Origin: Eledone cirrhosa
Taxonomy: Eukaryota
Assembly: GCA_964016885.1 (NCBI GenBank)
Contig: OZ024741.1
Span: 150,598,001-150,662,000, forward strand
DNA length: 64,000 bases
Direction: 5' to 3'
Shown in pieces: positions 43,870 through 56,762 of the stretch. The stretch's first letter is position 1. Every line of letters begins with the position of its first letter. A program made the position numbers and the translations under genes. The notes beneath the pieces are model-generated. The model saw only the letters and a list, made by a program, of their open reading frames with translations, did no database searches and was not told the origin of the DNA.

Positions 43870-44047
43870 AATAATTGTTTCTACTTTTGGCACAAGGCCA
43901 GCAAATTACCCAGTACATTACTGGTACTTTATTTTATCGACCCCGTAAGGATGAAAGGCAAAGTTAACCTCGGCGGGATTTGAACTCAGATCGTAAAGGG
44001 ACGTAACTATGCTGGAAAGCATGGCGTCCGACCCTCTACCGATACTA
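43870..44047 (-). mobile_element. SINE S1 copy inside a diverged local duplication
   Basis: Its flanks (about 43690-44230) resemble about 42550-43300. Confidence 0.85.
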
Positions 44048-44829
44048 AATGCTATTAACCATCAATAGGAATCTCACAAATTTAACACACCGAAACATAC
44101 GAGAAGGGCGACAGAAATAAATAAAAACAAATGGAAGCATAATACAAATCAAAACCAAACCGACCACCAATTCACTGCCAAATAATTTGAATCGGATTAG
44201 ACAGAGAGAAAGAAAAAAACAAAAGAAATAGAGAATATATTTATTTGCCACTGTGCTGCCAAATGATGCCGAAATCCACTGACCCACATCTCCGGTCAAG
44301 AAGGCGACAGCAACAGGATAATAACATCGACCCCGCATCTTCGGTAAAAGAAGGCACTCGAGACTCAGCATACTGCCTGGCAGCCCGAATTGGTAGCAGT
44401 TTCATCTACCACCACCATTAACAAGAGGAAAGCAACAACAACAGTGACATTAACAACAACAACACATATGTGTATACATCAACATCTTACCAGCAATCAC
44501 TACCGCTACCATTAACAAGAGGAATCCAACTCCAGCATCAGTGACAATAACAACACATATGTTTTCAGGATTGAATGACTCACCTCCAGCCACAACGTCC
44601 TTTGAGAAACTGCTAACATGCTCGCATGTGTGCGTGCTGAACTCTGGGTCTTTCCGCTTGGAACAACCCCCCTCCCCCTTTTTTTGTACATTCATCCATT
44701 CACTCATTCATTTGCTAACATTCTACCTTCTTGTGTGTCCCCGTCCATGCACTCTCTTCTTGTCTCTCTTGTCTTCTGACGCCTCTATATCTGATGTAGG
44801 TGAGCTATGAGGCCCTCTTACCAGCACTT

Positions 44830-47800
44830 TCCCTTCCACTCACATACGCCAGCCACTCACCTCTGATGCCGCTTGGTGCCCCAGTCCCCGGCCCCACAGC
44901 CCACCCCCTTCCCTCCAAGCGACACCTGCACCACTTGCAGCACCACTAACAGACGGAAGAGGGGCCGGAACTGTTCGGGGTGCGGCTGCTTCTACCACCT
45001 CACATGTGTTGGCTTGACACGTCGAGCTTCCAGTGCCCTTGCAGTGTGGAACTGCCTCTTCCCCTCGTCTGCCCAGCCACGGCCGTCTGGCACACCACCA
45101 GATGAGACAGCGAGCTTGCCTGACGCCCAAGTCTCGCTGGTCAACATCGCTCGGCTCAGGCGGCTTCGGAAGATCCCACTCAGGATCCCGAGAGCGGCCC
45201 GAGTGCCGGTAGCCGATTCCCTCGCTTCCTCGATTGAGAGCGCCCTGGACTCCAATCGAGCCAGCGACTGGGAGCGCCTCTGTTATTTCGCCCCACTCGC
45301 TCTCGGCCTCCCCAGCTCTGGCGCTGAGCGGGACGGCCGGTCGACAGCAGCCTTCGTCAAGGCCAATGTTTCGTCCCTTAGGAAAGCGCCCATTCCAAGC
45401 ATGCCTAGGGACGCCGTACACCCCACCCTCGGGTACCCCCAATCCTCCACCCCTGAGTCCAGCGCCAAGCGTTTGCGTGACCACGTAAATGCTAAATTAA
45501 TTATGGGTGATGCCTCGGCCGCAGTCAGAGTGGTTACCTCAGAGGAGACTGTCCTCCAACCCACCGAGGAGGTCCTGGGTTCCCTGCGACTCAAGCACCC
45601 TGATCCACCCGCTGATCTCAGACCCATACCCGCATCCGATACCCACTTGCTCCTTGTGGCTTTCGACGCAGACATCATGTCTACCATCAAGTCCTTCCCA
45701 GCTAGCAGTAGCGGAGGTGCTGATGGTCTCTGACCAGGCCACCTCAAGGAGTTGCTATCCCCCTTCTGCTGAGACCGGGCGCCGCCTTCTGAGTGCAATT
45801 GTGGCGCTCACCAATAGGCTCATCCATGGCACCCTGGACCCTCATGCCCAAGGCCTCTTTTTTTCGGCTAGCCTCACCGCTCTCAGGAAGAAAGAGGGTG
45901 GCTCACGCCCCATCGCTGCGGGCAATGTCTTCCGGAGGCTGGCTGCCAAGGTGGTCAGCAGGTCTATAACACCCGTACTGGGTGAGGAGTTCAGTCCGGT
46001 GCAACTGGGTGTCGGCGTGTCCGGTGGCTGTGAGGGGGCCGCACATGCAACCAGGCAGTTCTTCAACAGCTGCCCACCGGAACCAGCATCCAGGGACTCC
46101 AGGCACCTCATTGTCAAGCTTGACATGAGGAATGCCTTCAACTGCTTATGCCGGGACCATCTGCTCGATGCCTGCCTCAGCCGAGCCCCCTCTGCCCACC
46201 CGCTGGCCTACCTGTCGTATAAAGCCCCGAGCATGCTCCTTGCTGCTGATACGGTCATACCTTCGGCCACTGGGATCCAACAGGGCGACCCTTTGGGACC
46301 CCTCCTGTTTTTCCCTTTGTATAGAACACATCGCCCGGAGTATCACGGCCCCTCTCAACGTTTGGTATTTGGATGATGCTACGTTGGGCGGGCCTGTACA
46401 GACTGTCTGCCATGACCTACAATAGGTGGTTCCTGCCCTGGCGGGAATCGGCCTCCAGGTCAACTTGGCCAAGTCAAAGGTGGTGAATGTCAGCTACGAT
46501 GCTTAGAGCTTTGCAGCCTCCGTTTCGGACGTGCGGTTCATTCTCCACCAGGTACAGGTGACCCGCAAAGAGAATGTCCTCATCCTCGGGTCACCGATCC
46601 ACCCGCCGGCCATCCGCTCCACCATCAGGTCCAGGCTTCAACAATCCAGACTCTCAAGAGCCGACTGGGCTTGATCGACGACCACCCAGCTCTCTTTCTG
46701 TTGAATAACTGCTTCGCCATGCCGAAGCTCCTCTATACCCTTCGCAGCACTCAGTGCTACACCCACACATCTCTCCTCGCTGACCTCGATACTTTTATCC
46801 GAGCAGCAGCCGAGGAGATATGCAACGCCAAGTTTGACGACATTGGATGGCGACAGGCCACTTTACCTGTCAGGTATGGCGGCCTTGGCCTCTGGTCCCC
46901 TATCTCACTGGCTTTGCCGGCGTATCTTTCGTCGGTAACCCCTTGCCGTGCCCTCGTCAGCAGGGTTCTTCAAAACACAATAGAACCCTCTGTGTTCAGA
47001 GAACATGAGGCCGCCTGTGAGACGTGGGACCGGCTGGGACTTAGCCCAGTAGACGTCTCTCCCCCTGTTGACGTCAAGTCTCTCCAAAGTACTTGGTAAG
47101 CCACCCAGTGCAGCCTGTCCCCAGACAGGCTCACGCGCCAGCTCGACCAGCACCGCCTTGCCTGTTTTCGTGCGGCCTCCAAACCCCACAGTGGTGCCTT
47201 GCTCCATGCCCTGCCCTCTTTCTCCACTGGCACGCAGCTAGACAACCATAGCCTGCGAAGCGGCGTTTCCTTGAAGCTCGGCCTCCGGATCTGCGAGTCA
47301 CACCAATGTCGCTGCGGATCCACCGTGAACTCTTTCGGCATCCACCCTCTTTCCTGTCGCCACAGTGCTGGCCGCATTCCACACCATGCTGCCCTCAACA
47401 AGGTCATAAAGCATGGCTTGGACGCTGCAGGCTTTCCTTTCCAGCTCGAGCCTGTGTGGCTGGACCGAAGGGACGGCAAAAGGCCAGATGGCATGACCAT
47501 CTTCCCGTTCCGCGGTGACAAACCTCGTCTGGGATGCCACTTGCACCGACAGTTTCTGCAGCCGCAACCTGGTGCAGTCTGCGACTAACCCAGGTTCTGC
47601 TGCACGTCGGGTTGAGGAGGCCAAACTCCTCAAATACCGGACGCTCTCCGACAGGTTTGCGGTTGAGACTTCTGGTATCCTCGGCCCTAGGGCTACCTCC
47701 CTACTCACCACCATAGGCGCTGAGCTGACCAGCCGCAGGTGTGAGCCCCGCGAGTTGGTGTGGGTTTTCCAGCGCGTCTCCCTTGCCGTCCTCCTGGGAA

Positions 47801-47872
47801 ACGCCTTCTCCATCCTGTCCGCCGGGGCTGTTCTGAGGATGGGGTGGTGGGTGGTGGGTGGGGCCCATCGCG
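44830..47872 (+). mobile_element. CRE-clade non-LTR retrotransposon (PHD-like finger, RT, zinc motif, RLE), frameshifted
   Basis: CTTC..CSGCGCFYHLTC; SSGGADGL*PGHLKE; RPIAAGNVFRRL; QLGVG; LDMRNAFN; GIQQGDPLGP; WYLDD; GGLGL; CRCG..HPLSC..H; GKRPDG..VWDATC. Confidence 0.88.
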
Positions 47873-48570
47873 TAACGTTCCATATTTCAGTATGGTCAAT
47901 GAAGAATATGTGCCAATAGCCGGCTGTGGTTGAATAAAAAGAGGGGATGTATAAGACAAGTTTACTCACACACGTCTTCACCCTAAAAATATAAGTGTTG
48001 TTACTTGTTTTCACCTGCTGCTCTTGATTCGGCCGAATAGATATAACTTCAGCCTCATAAACGACTGTGTTATACTGTTGTTGTAGAGGGTATGATTCCG
48101 GCTTTCTGCAAGAGCATCCGGGTGTGGGAGAGCTCTTGGGATTGGTGGTGATGTGGGCTTTCATATTTTTAGCACAGGAATATCTGAGTTTCACTCTGTG
48201 TCCATTAAAGATAGATCTGTATCTATGCCCTACAGGAAACTGCTTGTCCGGGAGCCCTAAGAATCTCTTACCTTCATTAGTTCTAACACTAAATGAGTAG
48301 CGTGGCCAGAACTAAATTATTCTTTTATTTCTATTTTTCTTGCTAGTGGTAGTGTGATTATGAGGGGAGGAAGATATTTTATCCGAGAAGCCACTGTTGG
48401 CTAACAAAGTGTTATAGTAAGGTACTGCTCTGTCAAAGTTAGCCTTGCTAGAAGATAGTTTAGAAATGTTTTCGATGCTTTTAACGAAGCTTTTAAAGAC
48501 CTTAGATGGGTGACATGATTCCTTGTGTATAAAGTTAATTTTTCATTAAGTGTTTGAATGTGTGTGCGCG
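47873..48570 (-). mobile_element. Degraded PLE fragment (RT thumb, linker, start of GIY-YIG)
   Basis: HRYRSIFNGHRVKLRYSC..GCSCR..VVYEA, homologous to HKYYSIFNRHTVKLSYS in 20957-21280. Confidence 0.7.
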
Positions 48571-48693
48571 AAGGTCTAAGTTGATGTCCACACACACACA
48601 CACACACGCACGCGCGCGTGCGTGCGTGTGTGTATATGTGGGATTTCGATGTAAATCGTAAAGCTACCCCTGTTAATAAGTATATTCATTTTA

Positions 48694-48806
48694 TTATAGA
48701 AATGACTTCTACAGGACTAGAACTTTTTAATTCGTAAGAAATCATCTGGAATGTCCTCGTGATTTCTTACGAATGAAACAGTTCTAGTTCTATAGAAGCT
48801 ATTACA
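48694..48806. repeat. Second, more decayed copy of the hammerhead fold-back family at 14671-14800
   Basis: TAGAAATGACTTCTACAGGACTAGAAC..GAATGAAACAGTTCTAG..TAGAAG. Confidence 0.75.
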
Positions 48807-49819
48807 AAAATAAAATGAATATATATATATATAAGTTTTTTGAAGAAACAGGGGGCCGTGTGGTTACTGGATAAAGTGTATTTAGAAATAAGAGGAGAGC
48901 ACAAACGGGGGATATTTCCCATCATCAGTTGTCTGCTGGAGATCACGGACATTTCTACGCATTAATATATATACATACACACACACACACACATATATAT
49001 ATATTGGAAAATGTGTGAGATCCTTGGTACAGTTAGGTATATTTGAAAAAAAGGAAAAGAATGACTTCACTTGTAGTGTTAAAAAATTTATGATTTAATG
49101 TTATAATGTTATATTATGAGTTGGTAGATCCAGTAACTTCTTTGTTAACTTCGGTGGGAAGAATTTTAGAGATTCCCGGTTAACTTGGGTTGGAAAACTT
49201 TCTCGCATTCGTCTGTCTGTGGCGATTGTCAAACTGAGATCAGGTTGTGTTGAAATGTGTGACTATATATAAGAGATTTGGATGTGTCTGGGGTGCGGCG
49301 TGCGGTGTTAATGAGTGTTGATGATGATGAAGGCCCGGAGGAAATAAAGTATACATACATACACACACACACACACATATATATATACACTCAGAAAATG
49401 GTGAGGTTGTAAGATAAGGGTGTTTGAGAATGTAGTCGTAAACCTACTCTTCTGCTGGTTTTATTTCATTAGCTGACCTTTGATGAGTTTATAATGGCAT
49501 AGCTGAATCAACTATTCCAAACCATAAAGAATATCTTTTACAGATTTCTATATCAAAGATAAATTTAGGTGCTTGTCTGGGTTTTAATGAGGTGTAAGAT
49601 ACATGTCTTTTGATAAGAATGGATGACAGGAAAAAGAGTAAAGAAGAATAGTTTGGGAATATTTGTTAAAGATGTGTTGTTGACATTGGTCTGGAAGACG
49701 AAGTGTGGGGGGACATGCTGGCTCACATATTCGCTTCCCTATATATAAATGTATCTACAATCCATATATACTACATAAAAACACATATCAACAGATATAT
49801 ACATATACACACACACACA

Positions 49820-49950
<131 letters not shown>

Positions 49951-50230
49951 TAAATCATGTCCTTAGAATTATTAGATAAAATATATACCATTTCCTCTCC
50001 CAATTAGCATAATTAACCATATAAAAAAATCAATTAGACCAGGATATAAGAATAAAGGCTCCTATGAAGAAATATTTGATAAATAACCGAAAGCGGCCTC
50101 TTCGCGGTGACCCCACTAGAGTATTTACCCAACATTTCAACAGCATGTAGAAACTGACTAAATATACCGTCAACCATACACAATTAGGTGTAAATTTAAA
50201 CTTAGAGGAAACGTGTACATACCGTAATTA

Positions 50231-50312
50231 CATCTCTACCATAGTTTCGTCCGTATTTTTAGATATCCTACTGTTAAGGATGAACCTAGAGTAACAGACT
50301 CTTCAGGAGACA
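50231..50312 (-). ncRNA. Type I hammerhead motif with extended stem II
   Basis: TGTCTC-CTGAAGA-GTC[about 45 nt]GAC-GAAA-CTATGG-TA^GAGATG. Confidence 0.7.
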
Positions 50313-50533
50313 AACTCAGTTGGACAGTTAATTTTCCAAAGCGATCGCGCCAAAAATAGATTCAAAAATGGCTAAGAATCGTGGCGTGACAGTGGTCAAG
50401 TTAGAAAGAATGTGATTAGTTGCTTACGGCGGGTAGGCTGGTTGCTAGAAAGCGCAGCCCAATATCGCCCAATTGCATCTCAACCCAACGGGAGATTATT
50501 AAATATAAAGATTTAACTAATATATGTATGTAG

Positions 50534-50587
<54 letters not shown>

Positions 50588-50930
50588 ATATCATTTCACA
50601 CCTTTTATTGTTAAGATTTTTGATGTTCTATTAAGAGAACCGATTTTACTGAAAAAATCGAATAATGTACACCATTTTACCAGGGGGAAAAAAATACTGG
50701 TCCACCCACACACACACACACACACACATTCTCACACACACACACATATATATACACACACACACACATACACACGCGTACATTAACATACAAAGAGACT
50801 TATACACACACACACACACACTTCTCCGTATAAGACAAAAGCTGAAAAACATCTTTTGACATGCTAAAATACCCCCCACTGCTGACAGACACATTTCTAC
50901 TGACCATCCCTGCTACCACGAATTACTCTG

Positions 50931-51044
<114 letters not shown>

Positions 51045-51159
51045 ATCTTAATAACATTGGACACACATCCCTGCTAACCATTATCACAACATCGAACACC
51101 TTACTACTACTACACACACACACACACACACGCATATTTGTTGTGAAAGAGTCATTTCT

Positions 51160-51407
51160 CAGTCTTGGCGCAAAATCAATTTTTTATTCACATGACCTCC
51201 ACCGACCAATCAAAATTGTTTTGACCACAAGAATTTTTGCAAACACCAAGTAGCGCTGGAGCCACTTTTTTAACATAAAAACAGTCTTGGCGCAAAATCA
51301 ATTTTTTACATTCACATGACCTCTACCGACCAATCAAAATTGTTTTGACCACAAGAATTTTTGCAACACCAAAGTAGCGCTGGAGCCACTTTGTTAACAT
51401 AAAAACA
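51160..51407 (+). repeat. Two tandem repeats of about 123 bp
   Basis: CAGTCTTGGCGCAAAATCAATTTTT..CACATGACCTC..CCAATCAAAATT occurs twice. Confidence 0.85.
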
Positions 51408-51625
51408 GGTAGAATTCCCAAAACTAATCAGATCAGAGCAAACAACACGGACACTCTATCTCAAAATTATTTTTGAAAAGCATTTAGAAAAGCGCAACCG
51501 ATAAAAACTTAAAAACTTAAAACCACAACTGAATACTAACCCATACAATTACTAATACTCTTTTATTCCTAATTAAACCATTTTTCAACTGTGAACAATT
51601 TGTCAGCATTTTCTATTCCGTTTAT

Positions 51626-51799
<174 letters not shown>

Positions 51800-51903
51800 T
51801 TATTTAATAAATATTTGCTCTACGGTTCTTATATATTTGATATATATTTATCCTTATCGAGACCTCTTTGGATTTTAGTCTTCAAATTTATTATTATTAT
51901 TAT

Positions 51904-52092
51904 CGGTGGATTGGCAGTATCGGTAGAGGGTCGGACGCCATGCTTTGACGCATAGAGTTACGGCCCTTGCCATTCTGAGTTCAAATCCCGCCGAGGTTAA
52001 CTTTGCCTTTCATCCTTACGGGGTCGATAAAATAAAGTACCAGTAATACACTGGGTAATTGCTGGCCTTGTGCCAAAAGTAGTAACAATTAC
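51904..52092 (+). mobile_element. Reference full-length tRNA-derived SINE S1 (about 190 bp)
   Basis: A box TGGCAGTATCGG, B box GAGTTCAAATCC, body TTTGCCTTTCATCCTTACGGGGTCGATAAAATAAAGTACCAG, tail GGCCTTGTGCCAAAAGTAG.AACAATTA. Preceded by (ATT)n; more than 12 related copies in the window. Confidence 0.92.
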
Positions 52093-52123
<31 letters not shown>

Positions 52124-52422
52124 TGAGAGAGAAAGAGAACATCTTTTGCAAAAATACAAAATCACCAACGGCTAGATCCCAGTAAAGCAATCTATATAAA
52201 GAAAACTTCAAAAGCATCTTACCCTAGGTATAGAATCTCAGCTAAGCAACCTAAAGCAAGAAGACTGTTCTCCTAACAGCAGTTTCTTGTTTTAGATTAC
52301 TTTACTGCGATCTACTCGTTGGTGATTTTGTATTTTTTGTATGAGATGTTTTATATGTATATGTTCCTCTGAATTAGATTTATTTTAGCGAACTTTTCAT
52401 TGAGATGTTATGTATATTGGTG

Positions 52423-52464
<42 letters not shown>

Positions 52465-52719
52465 ATAATAAAAATTGTAATCTGTTATTTCGATATATAT
52501 ATATATATAGGGAAAAAAAATGAAATCGAAAATGCAACTGGAATCTTTTTAAGAATATTTATTTGTTTCCTTTACCGGTTTCACAGTTCTTATGCTTTTC
52601 AAAAGTAGAATTGAGATGGAGGGTTTGTGGTTTTTCTCGCATCTGGTTGGTGTTCGAATGTTACTTCTGTTTTATGTGCCAAAATGTGGCTCGAAATGCT
52701 AGGTTTTTAGAAAAGTAAT

Positions 52720-53045
52720 TTGGCTGGTTGATGACTATCACGTGAATAAGTATAGTAAATTTTGCGCCAGTTCGCATTACAAAGTTCTCAGTGTATTTGC
52801 CTTAAACAAAAGGGGGGGGGGGGGGGGGGCTCAGATTGTTTTTTCATATATGAATGAAATTTGGTTGGTTGATGCAGTCACGTGAATAAGCACATCAACT
52901 TTCGCGCCAGTTCGTGTTTGTGGGTTTTTTATTGTCATTTTCACTTAAAAAGGTGGCTAAAAAATGTTTTTTTATAAATGTAATTTGATTGGTTATGACT
53001 GTCACGTGAATAAGTACATTAAATTTCGCGCCAGTTCGTATTTGG
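52720..53045 (+). repeat. Three spaced copies of a motif of about 50 bp (TTGGTTG..TCACGTGAATAAG..GCGCCAGTTCG)
   Basis: Copies near 52721, 52861 and 52990; similar to the reverse complement of the 51160-51407 unit. Confidence 0.75.
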
Positions 53046-53576
53046 GGTTCTTTAGTCGTTTTCAGTCACATGAGATAAAGAAAATAGAGATATATATTTT
53101 TATTTCTGTGCTGATGTGTGTGTGTGTGTGTGTGTGTGTAGGAAAATGATTCCATTAGTAGAAATGGGGGAGGGAGTTATGTGTGTGTGGGAGGTATGGG
53201 TTCGTACGTGTGTGTGTAGGTGGGGTGGGGGTTTAGCATGTTAAGGTGTTAGAGTATTAACGTATGTTAAGGTCTATTTACCTCTGGTTTTTATTTTCGA
53301 ATATAGAAGAGGGTGTTATGCGTGTGTGTGTATGTGTCTGTTTGGATAGTTAGCATGTTATGGTGTTAACATATTAATGTATATTAAACTATATTTAATG
53401 CTGGTCTATATTTTATGTTTATATATATATATATATATAACAGCACGCCGTCCATTCCTCTCTGGATCGTGCTTTCCTCATCCATGTAGTCCCAATCATA
53501 TTCCTAAAATCGTAACTCCACCTTCGTGAAGGCCTTCCGAGTGGTCAAGGTGAATAAGGTGATATATCTATCTATA

Positions 53577-53625
<49 letters not shown>

Positions 53626-53900
53626 GTCTTACGGTAGCTAAGATGCGTCCATAGGCGGTATGCCGGTTGAGCTCTCTATGTTCCTACGGAGCAGTGTATG
53701 ATAAAATGGAAAACGAAGAATCAGTGATGCATCGGAACTCATTGCGTGTTACAATTTTCTCCCCGGCGAATAGTGTGGATCTAACCTGACTCTGGATTCG
53801 CAGGTTCCTCAGACACGTCAAGTGGTTTCGGAGCAAATCCTCTTTTATATATATATATATATATATATACTGAATTGGTAAACTTCCACTTTATATTATA

Positions 53901-54306
53901 CTGACAGATTTACCCGGCGTTGCTCGTGGTTTGAAATTATGCTAAGAATATACAGCTAGGAAATAAAAGAAGAACATTATTTATCCTCAACCTGTCAAAG
54001 TAAGCAGAAGTCTTTAATAATTAATACAAACGAATATTTGGTGAAAAGGTTATCTCCCTTTTTTATAAGGATTGTCAATAAAGTTTGTTATCTCCCTTAC
54101 ATCAATTTTTCTACCGATAATTTTGATGTCGATTTTTTATTGCTCAACATTTTTCGATTTGAAAAATGTTTGTGATGTGACAATCTTAGCCACCTGTGCA
54201 ACGTGCACAGAAAATTTGGTAAAATTCAGTTGGTAATTGTGAAAGCCTTATGCATGCAAAGTTGTACACAGACACACACACATCCTCGCTTTTATATATA
54301 TAAAGA
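53901..54306 (-). mobile_element. Short non-autonomous Helitron
   Basis: Minus strand starts A|TCTTTATATATATAAAAGCGAGG..GTGTGTCTG and ends with hairpin CGAGCAACGCCGGG plus a TCAG|T (CTAG-like) terminus. Confidence 0.65.
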
Positions 54307-54643
54307 TATTTTATACTTTATAAATTATTCATATAACTTACTCCAATATGAGTAATTTGTTCGCCTTAGTAAATGTGCGTCTATTGTTTTTTACGGTGAC
54401 TGACTGGTTTGCTCCCTTTCCCTTCCGAACGCTCTTTGGTGTCTCGGGATACACAATCCTTATATCGCAACTAACCATCATATCTGGTGACCGTATCGTT
54501 ATTAACTTCTTGCGACCCTGTTTTGTAACAGAACAGCTCTGTTGAGAAGTTCAAGTATATCCAGCCGGATCAATTGGAGACGGTTGCTTCAGGCAGGACC
54601 CGTTGGAAGGAGTGTTTGAGGACTCTGATTCCACAGCCCTCAC

Positions 54644-54897
54644 AAGAAGAAGAAGAAGAAGAAGAAGAAGAAGAAGAAGAAGAAGAAGAAGAAAAAGAAG
54701 AAGAAGAAGAAGAAGAAGAACAACAACAACAACAATAGGAAAAAGAAGAAGAATGGTAACAGTTCACAGTTTGGAATGTAAGAGTTCACAGAATAAATTG
54801 AAATAGATAGATAAATAAATGAAGAAATAAATATATAAATTGATTTTGAATAAATATGCAATGAGGTTTTGGTGCTGATTGGTAGTGATTGTTGTTG

Positions 54898-54929
<32 letters not shown>

Positions 54930-55032
54930 GATGACGACGACTACGAGTATGATGATGATGATGGTGGTGGTGGTGCAGAGGATGCTGACTATAATGATGA
55001 TAAGAGTGATGAGGATGATAGCGATGGTGGTG

Positions 55033-55068
<36 letters not shown>
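54644..55068. repeat. (GAA)n, (GAT)n and (AAT)n microsatellites
   Basis: Directly visible in the sequence. Confidence 0.95.
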
Positions 55069-55174
55069 TGTTTCTACTTTTGGCACAACGCCAGAAATTA
55101 CCCAATGCATTACTGGTACTTTATTCTATCGACCCCGGAAGGATGAAAGGCAAAGTTAACCTCGGCGGGATTTG
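55065..55174 (-). mobile_element. SINE S1 3' half
   Basis: From the B-box remnant to the tail, lying between two (AAT)n tracts. Confidence 0.85.
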
Positions 55175-55619
55175 AATAATAATAATAATAATAATAATAA
55201 TGATTTCATTTATTAGCCACAAGGGCCGACATGTAGGGGACAATACAAAGACAGGGACAGTGGGGGTTTACAATAAGGTCGAGTAAAAGTGCACAATGGC
55301 AAGACTAATTTAACAATGAAAATATAAAATATAAAATAAACTATGCAAAATATAACAAAATAAATTCCCCGATAGGGGGTGGACGACCCTGGGGTGATTC
55401 GGGTACCCCACCAATCCTGAACCACCGTGCGCTTCTAGGGCACCCAGGAGAGCACCCCTCTCCTCAAGTTAGCCAGCCTATAGGCGCATGGTCAGAGTAG
55501 GCCCATTCACACGAACCATTCTTGCCACATTCACCCACCTTTTAGCAAATGTACTGGGGGGCAGCACTTCTCTCTCCACCCTCACCCTCCTTTCCAGGTG
55601 AAACTTGAAGAAGTTGAAG
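55175..55619 (-). mobile_element. 5'-truncated Tx1 copy (ORF2 end + 3' UTR + (ATT)n)
   Basis: Near-identical to 1573-2010. Confidence 0.95.
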
Positions 55620-55903
55620 AAGAAGAAGAAGTCGACGACGACGACGACGACTTTGGTATTTCTGTCAACATAAACTGACACACAAATTGTAGCAATCTTT
55701 ATCGTTTTTGAAGAGATTTTGCAGATAGATTGATGTATTATCAATGTTTTGTACATCGATAATGTAATTATATTCATGTTAAATTTGAATGTTAAATGTG
55801 AATTAATTGTATTTTTATTTGCACCAATCGAAACGTCGGAAATTAATGTTAATCTGATATATGTCTTTGCTTTACTTTCTCTGATCATATATATATATAT
55901 ATA

Positions 55904-56494
55904 TAGATTACAATAATCAAAGTTCAGTTTAAATCATTTATTAGCTTACAATTGTTTCCTCCAAACCGAGGTTTGGATTCTTCGGAGCAACTATTTAGTG
56001 ATCTATAACATACTTGACCTCCTTTTCAACACAAGAGACATATAAAAACATATGCATATATTGACATTGATTGCCTGCTTTAACTGCCTGATTCTACAAG
56101 TAACAATCTGCCGCACTCTAATCCTGTATAAATAAGACACGCGTGCATGCTACACGTGAGATTGTTTCATACACTGACTACTCTAAACTTTCCTTTTGCT
56201 TTATCTTCATAAACTGCCAATGGTTTATTTTTATTTTCATTTTTATTTTAATTTTATTTTCATTTTAATCCTTTAAACTTTATATGTAAATTGCCATGCT
56301 ATATCATTATGATGGATGTCAACCCACTGTGGGTCAATATATGCATATGTTTTTATATGTCTCTTGTGTTGAAAAGGAGGTTAAGTATGTTATAGATCAC
56401 TAAATAGTTGCTCCGAAAAATCCAAACCTCGGTTTGGAGGAAACAATTGTAAGCAAATAAATGATTTAAACTGAACTTTGATTATTGTAATCTA
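55904..56494. mobile_element. PLE-type fold-back (arms about 160 bp) carrying variant hammerheads (55942-55990 -, 56408-56456 +)
   Basis: TTGCT-CCGAAGA-ATCCAAACC TC GGTTTGGAG-GAAA-CAATTG-TA^AGC(T/A)A, with palindromic stem III ACAATTGT. Confidence 0.7.
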
Positions 56495-56660
56495 TATAAC
56501 TGCTCTGTAAAACAACTGATGTTATTACATTGAGGTATTTATCTTACTGGTAATAAGATAGTAATGAATAACTATCTTTCACTATTTGGGGTTTGTATAT
56601 GAAAAAAAATATAACCATAAAAGGTTTTATTATATACATAACCATAAATAGTATCCTTAA

Positions 56661-56694
<34 letters not shown>

Positions 56695-56706
56695 TTAGTT
56701 CACCAT

Positions 56707-56749
56707 ACCGAGAACAAATGTTTCACCCTATGCGGATCTTCAGCTCGGT
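56707..56749 (-). ncRNA. Minimal hammerhead-like motif upstream of the intact PLE
   Basis: ACCGAG-CTGAAGA-TCCGCATAGGGT-GAAA-CATTTG-TT^CTCGGT; 6-bp stem I, weak stem II. Confidence 0.6.
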
Positions 56750-56762
56750 CTCATATATATAT

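Noticed and set aside
51904-51995. tRNA gene
   Set aside because: A and B boxes are present but there is no cloverleaf, and it continues into a multi-copy SINE body.
52720-53045. CRISPR-like repeat-spacer pattern
   Set aside because: Eukaryotic context, degenerate repeats, long related spacers and no cas genes.
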